Under the pieces are notes generated by a model. The model did no database searches. It was given only the letters and a program-made list of their open reading frames with translations, and had not been told where the DNA came from. Position numbers and translations under genes: made by a program. Shown one piece after another: positions 47,239 through 56,775 of a stretch of DNA of 64,000 nt. The stretch lies in assembly GCA_963716985.1 (NCBI GenBank), contig OY970323.1, forward strand, positions 640,001-704,000. The letters run 5' to 3'. Numbering within the stretch: the first letter of the stretch is position 1; each line of letters begins with the position of its first letter. The DNA comes from an uncultured bacterium. Lineage in GTDB: Bacteria; Chlamydiota; Chlamydiia; Chlamydiales; SM23-39.

Positions 47239-47268
47239 ATTATATGTCTAAAAGACATATTCTGTCAA
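47239..47268 (-). promoter_or_regulatory. Sigma66/70-type promoter with an embedded palindromic operator
   Basis: TTGACA-18 nt-TATAAT ending 7 nt before the padR ATG; palindrome ATATGTCT-AAA-AGACATAT at 47242-47260. Confidence 0.8.
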
Positions 47269-47349
47269 AGAGAAAAGGGAGGTTTTTTTGCATGCATGTC
47301 GTTCCGCATATTTCCTTTTCGAACTCCTTCGAAAAGAACGACTTTGAGA

Positions 47350-47528
47350 GCAGGAAGAAAAGGATTGTAAGAATTTCTTGAACGTGCAAATGGGCCTGAG
47401 CTCTTTTTCTCTATAGAGAGACCCCGCACGGATCCTAAAAGGGAGTCTAAAATCGCTCAGGTCTTTAAGAGAGCTATGTGTTTATCTTTAAAAAAAAATT
47501 CGTAAGAAGTTTCGATTCTCATCTTGCG
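47350..47528 (+). ncRNA. Candidate rod-like structured RNA (6S-like architecture), tentative
   Basis: GGGCCTGAGC/GCTCAGGTCT helix, inner AGACCCC/GGGAGTCT, outer GAATTTCTT/AAGAAGTTTC. Confidence 0.25.
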
Positions 47529-47592
47529 CAAAATCGATGTTGCGTGAAAGAATAATTTTGACTCAGAGTCTTTTTATTTAAGGGTGTTTCAT

Positions 47593-47946
47593 ATGATGGG
47601 ACTAGAAATAGATGTAGAACAGGTCGATAAAAAGATCATTCTTCGTCTTGAGGGGAGAATCGATGCGACGACCTCTCCTATTTTAGAAAGGAAGATGCAG
47701 AGCCTCCTGCAAGAGGGGCATAAAGATCAAATCTTGGATTTTTCCAAGGTGGATTACCTGAGCAGCGCCGGAATGCGCCTTCTGCTTTCCTCGTCGAAAA
47801 AATTGAAGGCAATGAAAGGGCATTTGGTGATCTTTTCCGTACAGGAAGATGTGATGGAAATCATTAAAATGGCTGGCTTTGAACGTGTTTTGACTCTTTG
47901 TAATCTGGAACAAGAAGCACTTCAAGTCTTCCTAAAAAAACCGTGA
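47593..47946 (+). CDS. rsbV: Anti-sigma-factor antagonist (STAS)
   Basis: LEGRIDA, DFSKVDYLSSAGMRLL and EIIKMAGF motifs. Confidence 0.9.
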   Translation: MMGLEIDVEQVDKKIILRLEGRIDATTSPILERKMQSLLQEGHKDQILDFSKVDYLSSAGMRLLLSSSKKLKAMKGHLVIFSVQEDVMEIIKMAGFERVLTLCNLEQEALQVFLKKP

Positions 47947-48974
47947 CGATCCAGCAAAACTATCGGGGACTCGATCCCTGGAGCCTGATCGCTCCTACTT
48001 ACCATCCCAAAAGAGAGGAAATTCTTTCTTCCTTAAAAAAGAAACGCGTCATTGTGATTAGCGGCCCTACCGGGGTCGGAAAGAGCCAGCTGGCCCTTTT
48101 TATCGCCCAAATTCTTGGGGGAGAGGTCCTTTCGGCAGACTCTATGCAGGTCTATCGGGGAATGGATATTGGAACGGCAAAGCCGACCTTGCAAGAGAGA
48201 GAACAGGTTCCCCATCATCTAATAGATATTCGAGACATAACCGAAAGCTTTAATGCGGTCGACTTTTATCATGAGGCGATGAAATGCTGCCGGGATATTC
48301 TGCTCCGAGAAAAGGTCCCTATTATTGTTGGGGGTACGGGATTTTACCTCCGCGTTTTTTTATATGGACCCCCGCAAGGACCTGCTTCGATTCCCGAGGT
48401 GAGAAAGCATCTCGAGGAGCGCATGGAGGCGCTCGGCTGCGAGGCACTCTATGAACGTCTCCAAATGCTCGATCCCGAATATGCCAAAAAGATTACGGAA
48501 CACGATAAGCATAAGATCATTCGGGCGCTGGAGATCATCACTATTTTGGGAGAGCCGGTGAGTTCTTTCCCTCCTCCGGAAAAGAAACCTCATATGGAGT
48601 TTGATTGCCGCTGCTGGTTTCTTTATATGCCAAGAGAAAAGCTCTACCAGAAAGTGGAAGAGCGTTGCGAGGAGATGGTCGACAAAGGATTTGTTGAAGA
48701 GGTAAGGCTTTTGAAAGAAAAGGGTCTTGAGAAAAATTCATCTGCTTCGAGCGCCATTGGTTATCGGCAAGCCTTGGAATTTTTGCGAACTCCTCAAACT
48801 GATGAGGATTATAGGCTTTTTTTAGAAAAGTTCAAAAGAGCTTCTCGCCACTATGTGAAGAGGCAGTTCACCTGGTTTAAAAAAGAGCCCTTTTTCCGCT
48901 GGATGGATCTCGAGGAAATGGGCAGCGAGAAGGCCAGGGAATTCATTCTTCAGGATTATGAGCAGGGAAGGTGA
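47943..48974 (+). CDS. miaA: tRNA dimethylallyltransferase
   Basis: GPTGVGKS, SADSMQVYRGMDIGTAKP, VGGTGFY and YVKRQFTWF motifs. Confidence 0.97.
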   Translation: MTIQQNYRGLDPWSLIAPTYHPKREEILSSLKKKRVIVISGPTGVGKSQLALFIAQILGGEVLSADSMQVYRGMDIGTAKPTLQEREQVPHHLIDIRDITESFNAVDFYHEAMKCCRDILLREKVPIIVGGTGFYLRVFLYGPPQGPASIPEVRKHLEERMEALGCEALYERLQMLDPEYAKKITEHDKHKIIRALEIITILGEPVSSFPPPEKKPHMEFDCRCWFLYMPREKLYQKVEERCEEMVDKGFVEEVRLLKEKGLEKNSSASSAIGYRQALEFLRTPQTDEDYRLFLEKFKRASRHYVKRQFTWFKKEPFFRWMDLEEMGSEKAREFILQDYEQGR

Positions 48975-49047
48975 AAAGACTTTCCAGAAAAAGATTTTTC
49001 TCTATAATGTCTCTATTCCTTTTCTTCTTTAACCGGATTGGTTTTTA

Positions 49048-50646
49048 ATGTCATTGGAGTCTCAGAGCACAGAAAGTGCAACAGTTGAACGCATGAATCA
49101 AGGTGCAAAAAGCATGCATGAAAAGAACGATGAGACGGACTTCTATTTTCTGCAAAAGCTTGAGAAGCTTTCTTCAAATGAAGAAAAGGTGGCCCTTCTC
49201 CTCGAAGAGATGAAGGAGGCAATATCTCAGGAAGGAAAAGCGAACTTCAAATTGTTTTGGAGGGCCAAGCAGCTTACCCTTTCATTTTTTAAAGAGACGA
49301 TTCATCCGATCATCCGCTCTCAATATTGGAATCAGTTCACGGAACTTTCCAATGAAGCCCGCCATTTGAAAACCCATCTCGAAGAAGCAACGACTTTTGC
49401 TCTCGAGCAGATCGAACTTGCAATCACCGCATTAAAGGAGGATTTGCAAAAATATGATCTTTCCCTTGCGCAAATTCCGGAGATTCCCTTTCCTGAATTA
49501 ATGGAAAAGGCCGGCTTTTCAAAAGAAAGCTACCTGCCCTTGCATAAAGAACTGACTCTTCTAGACACTCTCGCATCCCGAACAAATGCCCTTAGAAAAG
49601 AAGTCATGCAAATGGAGATGAGGTCCCGAGATAAAAATCGGTTTTTCAAAGAGCTTTCCTCCATTGCAGATTTTGTTTTTCCCAAGAAGAGGGAAATGAT
49701 CCAAACGATTTCCGAAAAATTTTGTACCGATGTGGACGCTTTTATTCAGAAAAATTTTCGAGAAGGAATCAACAAACAAAAGCCCTACTTTATTTTGAGA
49801 GAAGAGATCAAGGGAATCCAGGGTCTTGCAAAAATTTTCTTTTTGAACGCAAAGTCCTTTACTTCCACACGCACGGAACTTAGTGAATGTTGGAATCAAT
49901 TGCGCGAAGTGGAGAAGGAGAGAAAGAAGGAGATTGCAAAAATTCGACAAGAAAGCCTTGAGAAGATCGTCGGAGCTAAAGAGAAAATCAAAGAATTTGA
50001 AAGAATCTGTCAAACGTCCACAGAGACGCAAGAAGTCGAGCGCTCGTATGAAGAGAATCTTCGATGGGTGCAGGCGCTGCGATTAAACCGAGAAGATGAG
50101 CGTTCTCTTCGTCGAGAGATCGATGCGGCAAAAGCTCCCTTTTTGGAAAAACAGAAAGAAGCGAAAGAAAATGAAGAAAAGCAAAAAAGGGAAGGGCAGG
50201 TCAAGAGGAAAGAAATTTTACAAATGCTCAAAGAAGAGATCAAACGATTGCTCGGCCAGCCTGACCTTCCTCTAGAAGATCTACTTCGCGAGCACAAGGA
50301 GATCAAAGAAAAATTTCTAGCTCTTAGACTATCCGGACAAGAAAAGCAGCTTTTTGAAAGACTCCTATTTTCTCTGGACGGGATGGTGGAAGATCGGAAG
50401 ATTTTAGTCTCTCCTGCAAAAGAGACTTTACAAGAGTATCGAGAACGATTGGCGCAAAAAAAGAAAAGACAGGCAGAGATCAAAAAACAGCTTGAGGATT
50501 ATCGCAAAACGATGAATGCATCTGGCTTGGATTTCGAAAAAGCAATCATATATCGGGAGCTGATCGATAGGGAAAAGCTCATGCTTGAAAAAACAGAAAA
50601 GGAGATCCTGGAGATTGAAGAGAAGATCGATCAGCTTCTCTCTTAA
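49048..50646 (+). CDS. Coiled-coil hypothetical protein (position matches chlamydial CT768-like genes)
   Basis: 532-aa charged helical ORF between miaA and rsfS. Confidence 0.75.
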   Translation: MSLESQSTESATVERMNQGAKSMHEKNDETDFYFLQKLEKLSSNEEKVALLLEEMKEAISQEGKANFKLFWRAKQLTLSFFKETIHPIIRSQYWNQFTELSNEARHLKTHLEEATTFALEQIELAITALKEDLQKYDLSLAQIPEIPFPELMEKAGFSKESYLPLHKELTLLDTLASRTNALRKEVMQMEMRSRDKNRFFKELSSIADFVFPKKREMIQTISEKFCTDVDAFIQKNFREGINKQKPYFILREEIKGIQGLAKIFFLNAKSFTSTRTELSECWNQLREVEKERKKEIAKIRQESLEKIVGAKEKIKEFERICQTSTETQEVERSYEENLRWVQALRLNREDERSLRREIDAAKAPFLEKQKEAKENEEKQKREGQVKRKEILQMLKEEIKRLLGQPDLPLEDLLREHKEIKEKFLALRLSGQEKQLFERLLFSLDGMVEDRKILVSPAKETLQEYRERLAQKKKRQAEIKKQLEDYRKTMNASGLDFEKAIIYRELIDREKLMLEKTEKEILEIEEKIDQLLS

Positions 50647-50662
50647 GAATCAGGCCCGTTTC

Positions 50663-51304
50663 ATGAATTTAGCTATTTTTGATTTGGATCGCACGCTTCT
50701 TACGGTTAATAGCAGCTTTCGTTATTATCTTCACCTTTTTCGGATGGGCATATTCTCTCCACTTTCTCTTGGTTTTGTGTTTTTTTGGGGACTCCTTTTC
50801 CGATTTTTCCATCTGCCTCCCCAAAAGCTCCATCATGCGATCTTTCAGAAGCTTTTGAAAAACCTTCCCTTTTCCTCTCTTTCGGATCCCGCATCCTTTT
50901 TTTCTTTGCAATTGGAATCTTTTCTCTATGAACCGCTCGTGCATTTGTTCAGGCAAGCAAAGGAAAAGAGAGTCTATACTCTTCTGCTTTCTTCCTCGCC
51001 GACCTTTCTTCTTGAGCCACTTGCAAAACGGTTTGGATTTGATGAGTGGAAAGGAAGCGAATATGGACTCGACAAAGAAGGTAGATTGGAGCATATTTCT
51101 TTTTTGATGAGCGGGGATGAAAAAAGGGATCTAGCATTGCAGCTATCGAAGAGGCTTTGCATCGAGAAAGGAAAAATCATTGTTTATACAGACAGTTGTT
51201 GGGATTTGCCACTGCTTGAGATGGCCGGCGTTCCCGTTGCGGTCCGTCCAGATCGCCGGCTCAAAGCGATCTGTAAGAAGAGGGGATGGAAGGTGTTTTC
51301 ATGA
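50663..51304 (+). CDS. HAD-IB family hydrolase
   Basis: AIFDLDRTL, LSSS and YTDSCWDLPLLE...PVAVRPD motifs. Confidence 0.88.
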   Translation: MNLAIFDLDRTLLTVNSSFRYYLHLFRMGIFSPLSLGFVFFWGLLFRFFHLPPQKLHHAIFQKLLKNLPFSSLSDPASFFSLQLESFLYEPLVHLFRQAKEKRVYTLLLSSSPTFLLEPLAKRFGFDEWKGSEYGLDKEGRLEHISFLMSGDEKRDLALQLSKRLCIEKGKIIVYTDSCWDLPLLEMAGVPVAVRPDRRLKAICKKRGWKVFS

Positions 51305-51900
51305 AGAAAAAAATTGGATTTTTGGGCGGTACGTTTGATCCGATCCATTTGGGCCATATCCACTTGGCCATTTGTTTGAAGGAAAAGTGCTTGCTCGATG
51401 AGGTCTGGTTTTCTCCGGCTTTTCTTTCTCCTTTCAAACAAAAAACGCCTCCTCTTGCCTCTGCTAAAGATCGTTTGGAAATGACACGTCTTGCCATTGA
51501 AAAGATTGAGGGGTTTTTTCTGAATGAATCCGAGCTTCGGGAAGAAAAAATTTCTTATACGATTGATGCTTTGCGAAATATGCAAAAAAAAGACTTAAGG
51601 GCCGAATGGCATCTTCTCATTTCTGAAGATGAAGTGGAGCGGCTGGAGGAATGGAGGGATATTGAAGAGATCCAGCGCATCGCCCCTCCCAGGATCGGAG
51701 GCAGATCGGGAAATTTTTCAAAAGACTCCAAGGCAGGTAGGTGGAAAAAAAATTTGATAGAAATGCCCCAAATGGAGATCAGCAGCACTGATGTCCGGGA
51801 AAGGCTCAAAAAGGGACTTTATTGCGGTCATTTGATGGACGCAAAAGTTCTGGACTACATTTATCGCAACAAACTATATTCTTCCTTTAATTACAAATAA
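51301..51900 (+). CDS. nadD: Nicotinate-nucleotide adenylyltransferase
   Basis: GGTFDPIHLGH, SYTIDAL and ISSTDVR motifs. Confidence 0.94.
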   Translation: MKKKIGFLGGTFDPIHLGHIHLAICLKEKCLLDEVWFSPAFLSPFKQKTPPLASAKDRLEMTRLAIEKIEGFFLNESELREEKISYTIDALRNMQKKDLRAEWHLLISEDEVERLEEWRDIEEIQRIAPPRIGGRSGNFSKDSKAGRWKKNLIEMPQMEISSTDVRERLKKGLYCGHLMDAKVLDYIYRNKLYSSFNYK

Positions 51901-51911
51901 AAAAAGAGTGA

Positions 51912-52307
51912 ATGGAAATAGAAAAAAATATTTTACTTAATTCGATTGCGCAAGCAATTTTTGATAAAAAGGGCTTTAACATTTTAGCTCTCGATGTGCG
52001 CGGCCTTTCCTCTTTGACCGATTTTCTGGTCATTGCCGAAGGAAATGTCGATCGCCATTTGCAAGCCATCGCACACGCGATCATTGGGGAAATGAAAAAA
52101 CAGGATCGCCTTCCCTATTTTGCCGAAGGAACGGAAGGAGGGGAGTGGATTGTCCTGGATTATCTGGATATCATCATCCATCTGTTTCTGCCCTTCTATC
52201 GGGAAAAATATCAGCTTGAGCGGCTTTGGAGCCAAGGGAAAATCGTGGAATTGAAGATCCAATTGGACAAGAAAGAAGAAATCTATTCAAAGGAATCTAT
52301 CAAGTAG
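51912..52307 (+). CDS. rsfS: Ribosome silencing factor
   Basis: DKKG.NI.ALDV...DFLVIAEG...W.VLDY.D.IIHLF...R..Y.LE.LW pattern. Confidence 0.94.
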   Translation: MEIEKNILLNSIAQAIFDKKGFNILALDVRGLSSLTDFLVIAEGNVDRHLQAIAHAIIGEMKKQDRLPYFAEGTEGGEWIVLDYLDIIIHLFLPFYREKYQLERLWSQGKIVELKIQLDKKEEIYSKESIK

Positions 52308-52317
52308 ACGGGGGCAT

Positions 52318-53574
52318 ATGAAAAAGAAGCGAATCTGTGTAACGGGCATGGGTGTTGTCTCTGCATTTGGAAACGATGTCCGCCTTTTGTATGAAAAACT
52401 TCTCCAAGGCAAGAGTGCCGTTTCTTTCATCGAGACCTTCCCTTGCGTTGATTGGCCGACGCATTTTGCGGGAATTATCCGCAATTTTGACCCCGGCGAA
52501 TATGTAAATAAAAAACTCCTCAGACGAGTCGATCCGTTTGTCCATTATGGCATGGTGGCGGGTAAAAAAGCTTTGGAGATGGCGGGCCTTACGGAATCCA
52601 CGCTTTCTTCGTGCGATAAATCCCGCATCGGAGTGGTCATTGGTTCGGGAATGGGAGGAATGGGTGTTTTTTATGACGGTGTGGCTACGATCATCGAAAA
52701 GGGATATAAACGACTGACTCCGTTCTTTGTTCCCTCCATCATCACGAATATGGCGGGTGCGCTTTTAGCGATAGATCTTGGTTTTACCGGACCAAATTAT
52801 TCCGTTTCAACGGCTTGCGCCACTTCGAACTATGCTATTTTGTCTGCCGCGGAAGAGATCCTCATGGGCAAGGCGGACATTATGGTTTGCGGGGGATCGG
52901 AAGCCCCGATGAATCCCATCGGCCTTGCCGGGTTTGTTGCGAGCCGGGCTCTTTCCACAAGAAATGAAGAGCCCATGAAGGCTTCTCGTCCCTGGGATAA
53001 GGCAAGGGACGGTTTTGTGATGGGCGAGGGGGCCGGCGTTCTCATTTTAGAAGAATTGACCCATGCGCGCAAAAGAGGAGCGACAATTCTTGCCGAGCTT
53101 CTTGGCGGAAGCAAAAATTGCGATGCTTATCACATGACCGATCCGAGAGCCGATGGTTCGATTGTTGCAAGATGCATGCAGGATGCAATCAAAAATAGCG
53201 GCCTTTCGATTGAAGAGGTCAATTATGTCAACGCACATGCAACCTCGACGGTTGTTGGAGATCTTTGTGAAATTGCCGCCTTAAAGCAGGTTTTTAAAGA
53301 CCATCTCAAGAATGTGAAGGTGAATGCGACCAAATCCATGCTGGGCCATTGTTTGGGAGCTGCCGGGGGTATTGAAGCCATTGTCACGATTATGGCGATA
53401 CGGACGGGAAAACTGCATCCCACGATCAATCTCGAACATCCCGACGAGGCAATCGCAGGCATCGACGTGATTCCAAATGTTGCCAAAGAACTCAAGGTCA
53501 AAGCAGCTCTTTCGAACTCCTTTGGGTTCGGGGGCCATAATGCAACGATCGTGCTTGGGCCATTTAGAGAATAA
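52318..53574 (+). CDS. fabF: 3-oxoacyl-ACP synthase II
   Basis: TACATS, NAHATST, KSMLGHCLGAAG and SNSFGFGGHN motifs. Confidence 0.96.
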   Translation: MKKKRICVTGMGVVSAFGNDVRLLYEKLLQGKSAVSFIETFPCVDWPTHFAGIIRNFDPGEYVNKKLLRRVDPFVHYGMVAGKKALEMAGLTESTLSSCDKSRIGVVIGSGMGGMGVFYDGVATIIEKGYKRLTPFFVPSIITNMAGALLAIDLGFTGPNYSVSTACATSNYAILSAAEEILMGKADIMVCGGSEAPMNPIGLAGFVASRALSTRNEEPMKASRPWDKARDGFVMGEGAGVLILEELTHARKRGATILAELLGGSKNCDAYHMTDPRADGSIVARCMQDAIKNSGLSIEEVNYVNAHATSTVVGDLCEIAALKQVFKDHLKNVKVNATKSMLGHCLGAAGGIEAIVTIMAIRTGKLHPTINLEHPDEAIAGIDVIPNVAKELKVKAALSNSFGFGGHNATIVLGPFRE

Positions 53575-53576
53575 TC

Positions 53577-53990
53577 ATGGAAGAGTCTTTTGGAGTGGTT
53601 CCGCTCAGAAAAACGAAAGAGGGCTGGCAGGTTTTTTTAGTCCGTTTGAAAAGCGGCCATCATTGGGGATTTCCAAAAGGGCATAAGAAAAAAGAAGAGT
53701 CGCCGAAAGAAGCGGCCCTGCGCGAGCTCAAGGAAGAAACCTCTTTAGAACTCCTCTTTTTTTTCCCCACGAATCCCTTCGTTGAAGAATATTCTTATGA
53801 AAAGGGAGGGGAAAAGAGAGAGAAAAAAGCGACCTATTTTCTGGCCTCCGTCAAGGGAGATGCGCGCATTCAAAAAAAAGAGATTCTTGAGGGGGAGTGG
53901 GTGTCATTATCCGATGCGTCTTTGCGCATTACCTACCCCGCCAGCCGAAATGTTTTGAAGTTGGTTGAAAAAATCCTCGACAAGTTTTAG
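53577..53990 (+). CDS. Nudix hydrolase (Ap4A hydrolase-like)
   Basis: HWGFPKGH...ESPKEAALRELKEET. Confidence 0.88.
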   Translation: MEESFGVVPLRKTKEGWQVFLVRLKSGHHWGFPKGHKKKEESPKEAALRELKEETSLELLFFFPTNPFVEEYSYEKGGEKREKKATYFLASVKGDARIQKKEILEGEWVSLSDASLRITYPASRNVLKLVEKILDKF

Positions 53991-54023
53991 AGTGTTTTTT
54001 TCTGCTTCCTACCCAGGGTTGGA

Positions 54024-55715
54024 ATGAAGAAACTTTTTATTTCTTTCTCTATTTTTTTCTGTCTTATTTTATTTGTATATCTCATGCAGAACACGAGCGG
54101 CGGATATTTGCCCTCTTCTCAATTTTTCTCCGATCGATTTTCCAAACCTTCCGTTTATTCGGTTACGGATCATAAGCCCTTCGTTCTGATCGTATATGCG
54201 CAGAATACGATTGACACCTGTGAAAAAAATCTACGCTCTATTTTTGAACAAGAATATGACAATTTTCGCGTGATCTATCTTGACGATGGATCGAGCGACG
54301 GGACGATGCACTGCGTCAAAGAATTTACACAAAAGAACGAGAAGGAAAAGATCGTTACCCTGATCAGAAGCGAGAAGAGCCGCGGAATGATGGCTTTTCT
54401 TTTTGATGTGGTTCATTCGGTTCGAGATGAGGAGATCGTGGTTTTGATCGAAGGGAAGGATTGGCTATCTCATCATGGCGTTCTTTCGGCATTGAATGAA
54501 GTGTATGCAAACCCCAACATATGGCTTACCTATGGGCAATATGTTTGCTATCCCTCCTATCGCCCGGGGATTTGCGCTCCGTTCCCTCCTTTTTCATTGG
54601 AAAAATATGGGTTTCGCCAAGGCAATGCATGGGTAGCCTCTCATTTGAAAACTTTTTATGCCGCGCTTTTTAAAAATATTCGCTTAGAAGATCTCCTTTA
54701 CGAGGGCAAATGGATCAATCGCTCCTCCGAGATGGCGATCATGCTTCCCATGCTGGAAATGGCAAGGGAGGGGCATTATACTTTTGTTCCGGAAGTTTTC
54801 TACATCTGCAATGAAGAAATATCTACTCCGAAAGATCGTTTTGATTTGATTGCAGATAATGAAATGGAGAGCTATTTGAGGAATCTGCCGGCCCAAGATC
54901 CTCTGCCCTCTCTCCGACCGCCGCAAAATTCTTTGCTCAGGTTGGCTGACGGTGTTATTTTTTCTCTCGATCGTCCTATGCAGCTCTATGCTTGTTTAGA
55001 ATCGCTCGAAAAGAATGTGGCCGGCGTGCATAAGATCTTTGTGATCTATCGGACCACATCGGAAAGGTTTCAAAAGAGCTACGAAGAGATGAAGAAAAGA
55101 TTTCCAAAGGTTGTTTTTATCCAGCAGCCGGAAAATCCTTATGAGAATTTTAAGCCCATTCTTTTGGAGAATGTTTTCCACCTTTCGAAAGCGCATTATG
55201 TCATGTTTGGCGTGGACAGCAGTCTCGTGAAAGAAAAGATCGATCTGACCTCTTGCATCGAAATGATGGAAAAGACCCATGCCTATGGTTTTTTCTTTCG
55301 TTTGGGCTGTGTGGACCTCTGGGATGCTCCTCCCTGCATTGCGCTGAACGATCATATCTATGCCTGGCAGATTTCCAAGGGCCAAAAGCAATGGAACTCT
55401 TCTCACGATCTGCATTTAACGCTCTATCAAAAAGATGCGATCTATCGTGATTTTGTCGAAATGTCCTATAAAGATGCTAACCAGCTCCGCCACTGCTGGG
55501 CGATGCGGGAGAGCGAAAATCCCCATTTGATTGGTCTTTGTTTTGATCAGATTAAAACCCTCCATCTATCGGGCTATCGCAATAAGGTCTTTCTTTCTCC
55601 CGATCAATTTGAGGATCTGTTTGAAGAGGGGATGAAAATCGACACAAGGCAGATCGTGCAAACAAAAAACCACACCTCGCACGTTGACTGCGAGATGGGG
55701 TTTGTGAAAAGATAA
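54024..55715 (+). CDS. Glycosyltransferase family 2-like, two-domain membrane-anchored protein
   Basis: SIFEQEYDNFRVIYLDDGSSDGT and WLTYGQY; second domain FSLDRPMQL. Confidence 0.8.
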   Translation: MKKLFISFSIFFCLILFVYLMQNTSGGYLPSSQFFSDRFSKPSVYSVTDHKPFVLIVYAQNTIDTCEKNLRSIFEQEYDNFRVIYLDDGSSDGTMHCVKEFTQKNEKEKIVTLIRSEKSRGMMAFLFDVVHSVRDEEIVVLIEGKDWLSHHGVLSALNEVYANPNIWLTYGQYVCYPSYRPGICAPFPPFSLEKYGFRQGNAWVASHLKTFYAALFKNIRLEDLLYEGKWINRSSEMAIMLPMLEMAREGHYTFVPEVFYICNEEISTPKDRFDLIADNEMESYLRNLPAQDPLPSLRPPQNSLLRLADGVIFSLDRPMQLYACLESLEKNVAGVHKIFVIYRTTSERFQKSYEEMKKRFPKVVFIQQPENPYENFKPILLENVFHLSKAHYVMFGVDSSLVKEKIDLTSCIEMMEKTHAYGFFFRLGCVDLWDAPPCIALNDHIYAWQISKGQKQWNSSHDLHLTLYQKDAIYRDFVEMSYKDANQLRHCWAMRESENPHLIGLCFDQIKTLHLSGYRNKVFLSPDQFEDLFEEGMKIDTRQIVQTKNHTSHVDCEMGFVKR

Positions 55716-55725
55716 AAAAAAGAAA

Positions 55726-55980
55726 TTATTTGGGTTTAGGGGCAACGGGTGCGAGCAGACCGAGACGGTCTTTTTTTGTGCCTTCGTCAATCACATGCTG
55801 ATCGTAGAAATTGGTTCTGTCGGTTTTATTGAGACTATTGAACTCTCCTTTTTGAGTTCCATGCTGCAAAATATTTTTCGTAGCGACTTCTTGAATTTTT
55901 CCTTCAACTTTTCGACTCTTTTTGGGAAGCTCGGCTGGGAATTGAGCCCTGAGGTTGTTATGAATCGACCTTATCATCAC
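55726..55980 (-). CDS. Small hypothetical protein
   Basis: GGAGG RBS before the ATG; 84 aa. Confidence 0.5.
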   Translation of the reverse strand: MMIRSIHNNLRAQFPAELPKKSRKVEGKIQEVATKNILQHGTQKGEFNSLNKTDRTNFYDQHVIDEGTKKDRLGLLAPVAPKPK

Positions 55981-56044
55981 TTGCCTCCTCGTTTGGGGGG
56001 TTGATCCGAGTGTAGGAAATTTTTTAAAAAGTGTCTAGTCAAAT

Positions 56045-56293
56045 TTAGAAGATATCGTCGTAGATTTTCGTCGCTTTCAGCTGGTGTTTGTCTTGCGTAC
56101 GCGCGCGCGTTTCGAGTCGTTTTTGCTGATTGGCTTTTTGAATCGCCTGTTTGATGAGCAAATGAAGAGCGGGAAGAGCGACGCTGGTGACCTCTTCTGC
56201 ATTTTTTTGTGCATCGCCGGGTGTTTCGATGGGCCCGCCTAGATCATATCGATTATAAGGAAGAGCTTGTCCAACTTTTGTTAGGTCTTTCAT
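56045..56293 (-). CDS. Small hypothetical protein
   Basis: GAGGAAGGA RBS before the ATG; AT-rich upstream region; 82 aa. Confidence 0.55.
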   Translation of the reverse strand: MKDLTKVGQALPYNRYDLGGPIETPGDAQKNAEEVTSVALPALHLLIKQAIQKANQQKRLETRARTQDKHQLKATKIYDDIF

Positions 56294-56775
56294 ATCCTTC
56301 CTCTTTGTTTAATTCTTAATATAATTATATAATAAATTGGTTAAAATTTCAATAACTAGCTTTATTCACTTGGTTTAAATAACTTAAGAGATTTGGGTAT
56401 TTGTTTAAAAAAGAAGTAGGGAGATAAGGTGATGATTTACAGTTTCTTAAGGGATGTTCGGTTTTTCTTCTTGTTTTTGCATGCAACTGATTTATATAGA
56501 ATCGTTTGCGACAGACCCGGTGCGCTTTCTTTTTGGCCTTGTTCACTTCGAGAGGGAAAACTTTCGATCAGTGGATGGCACAAGTCAGCAAAGTCGCCCT
56601 CATCATTGAAAAACAAAGTCAGTCGCATTAACAACTGACCGAAGAAGTGAACATGGCCTTCTTTTTGTTCTCCAAACTCTCTTGAAAAAAGGGGTGTTTC
56701 TTGCTTTAGAGAATGCTTGCAATTCTTCAAATTTGTGTTACGATGGAATCTGCTATCTTACTTAGTAGGAGTCCG

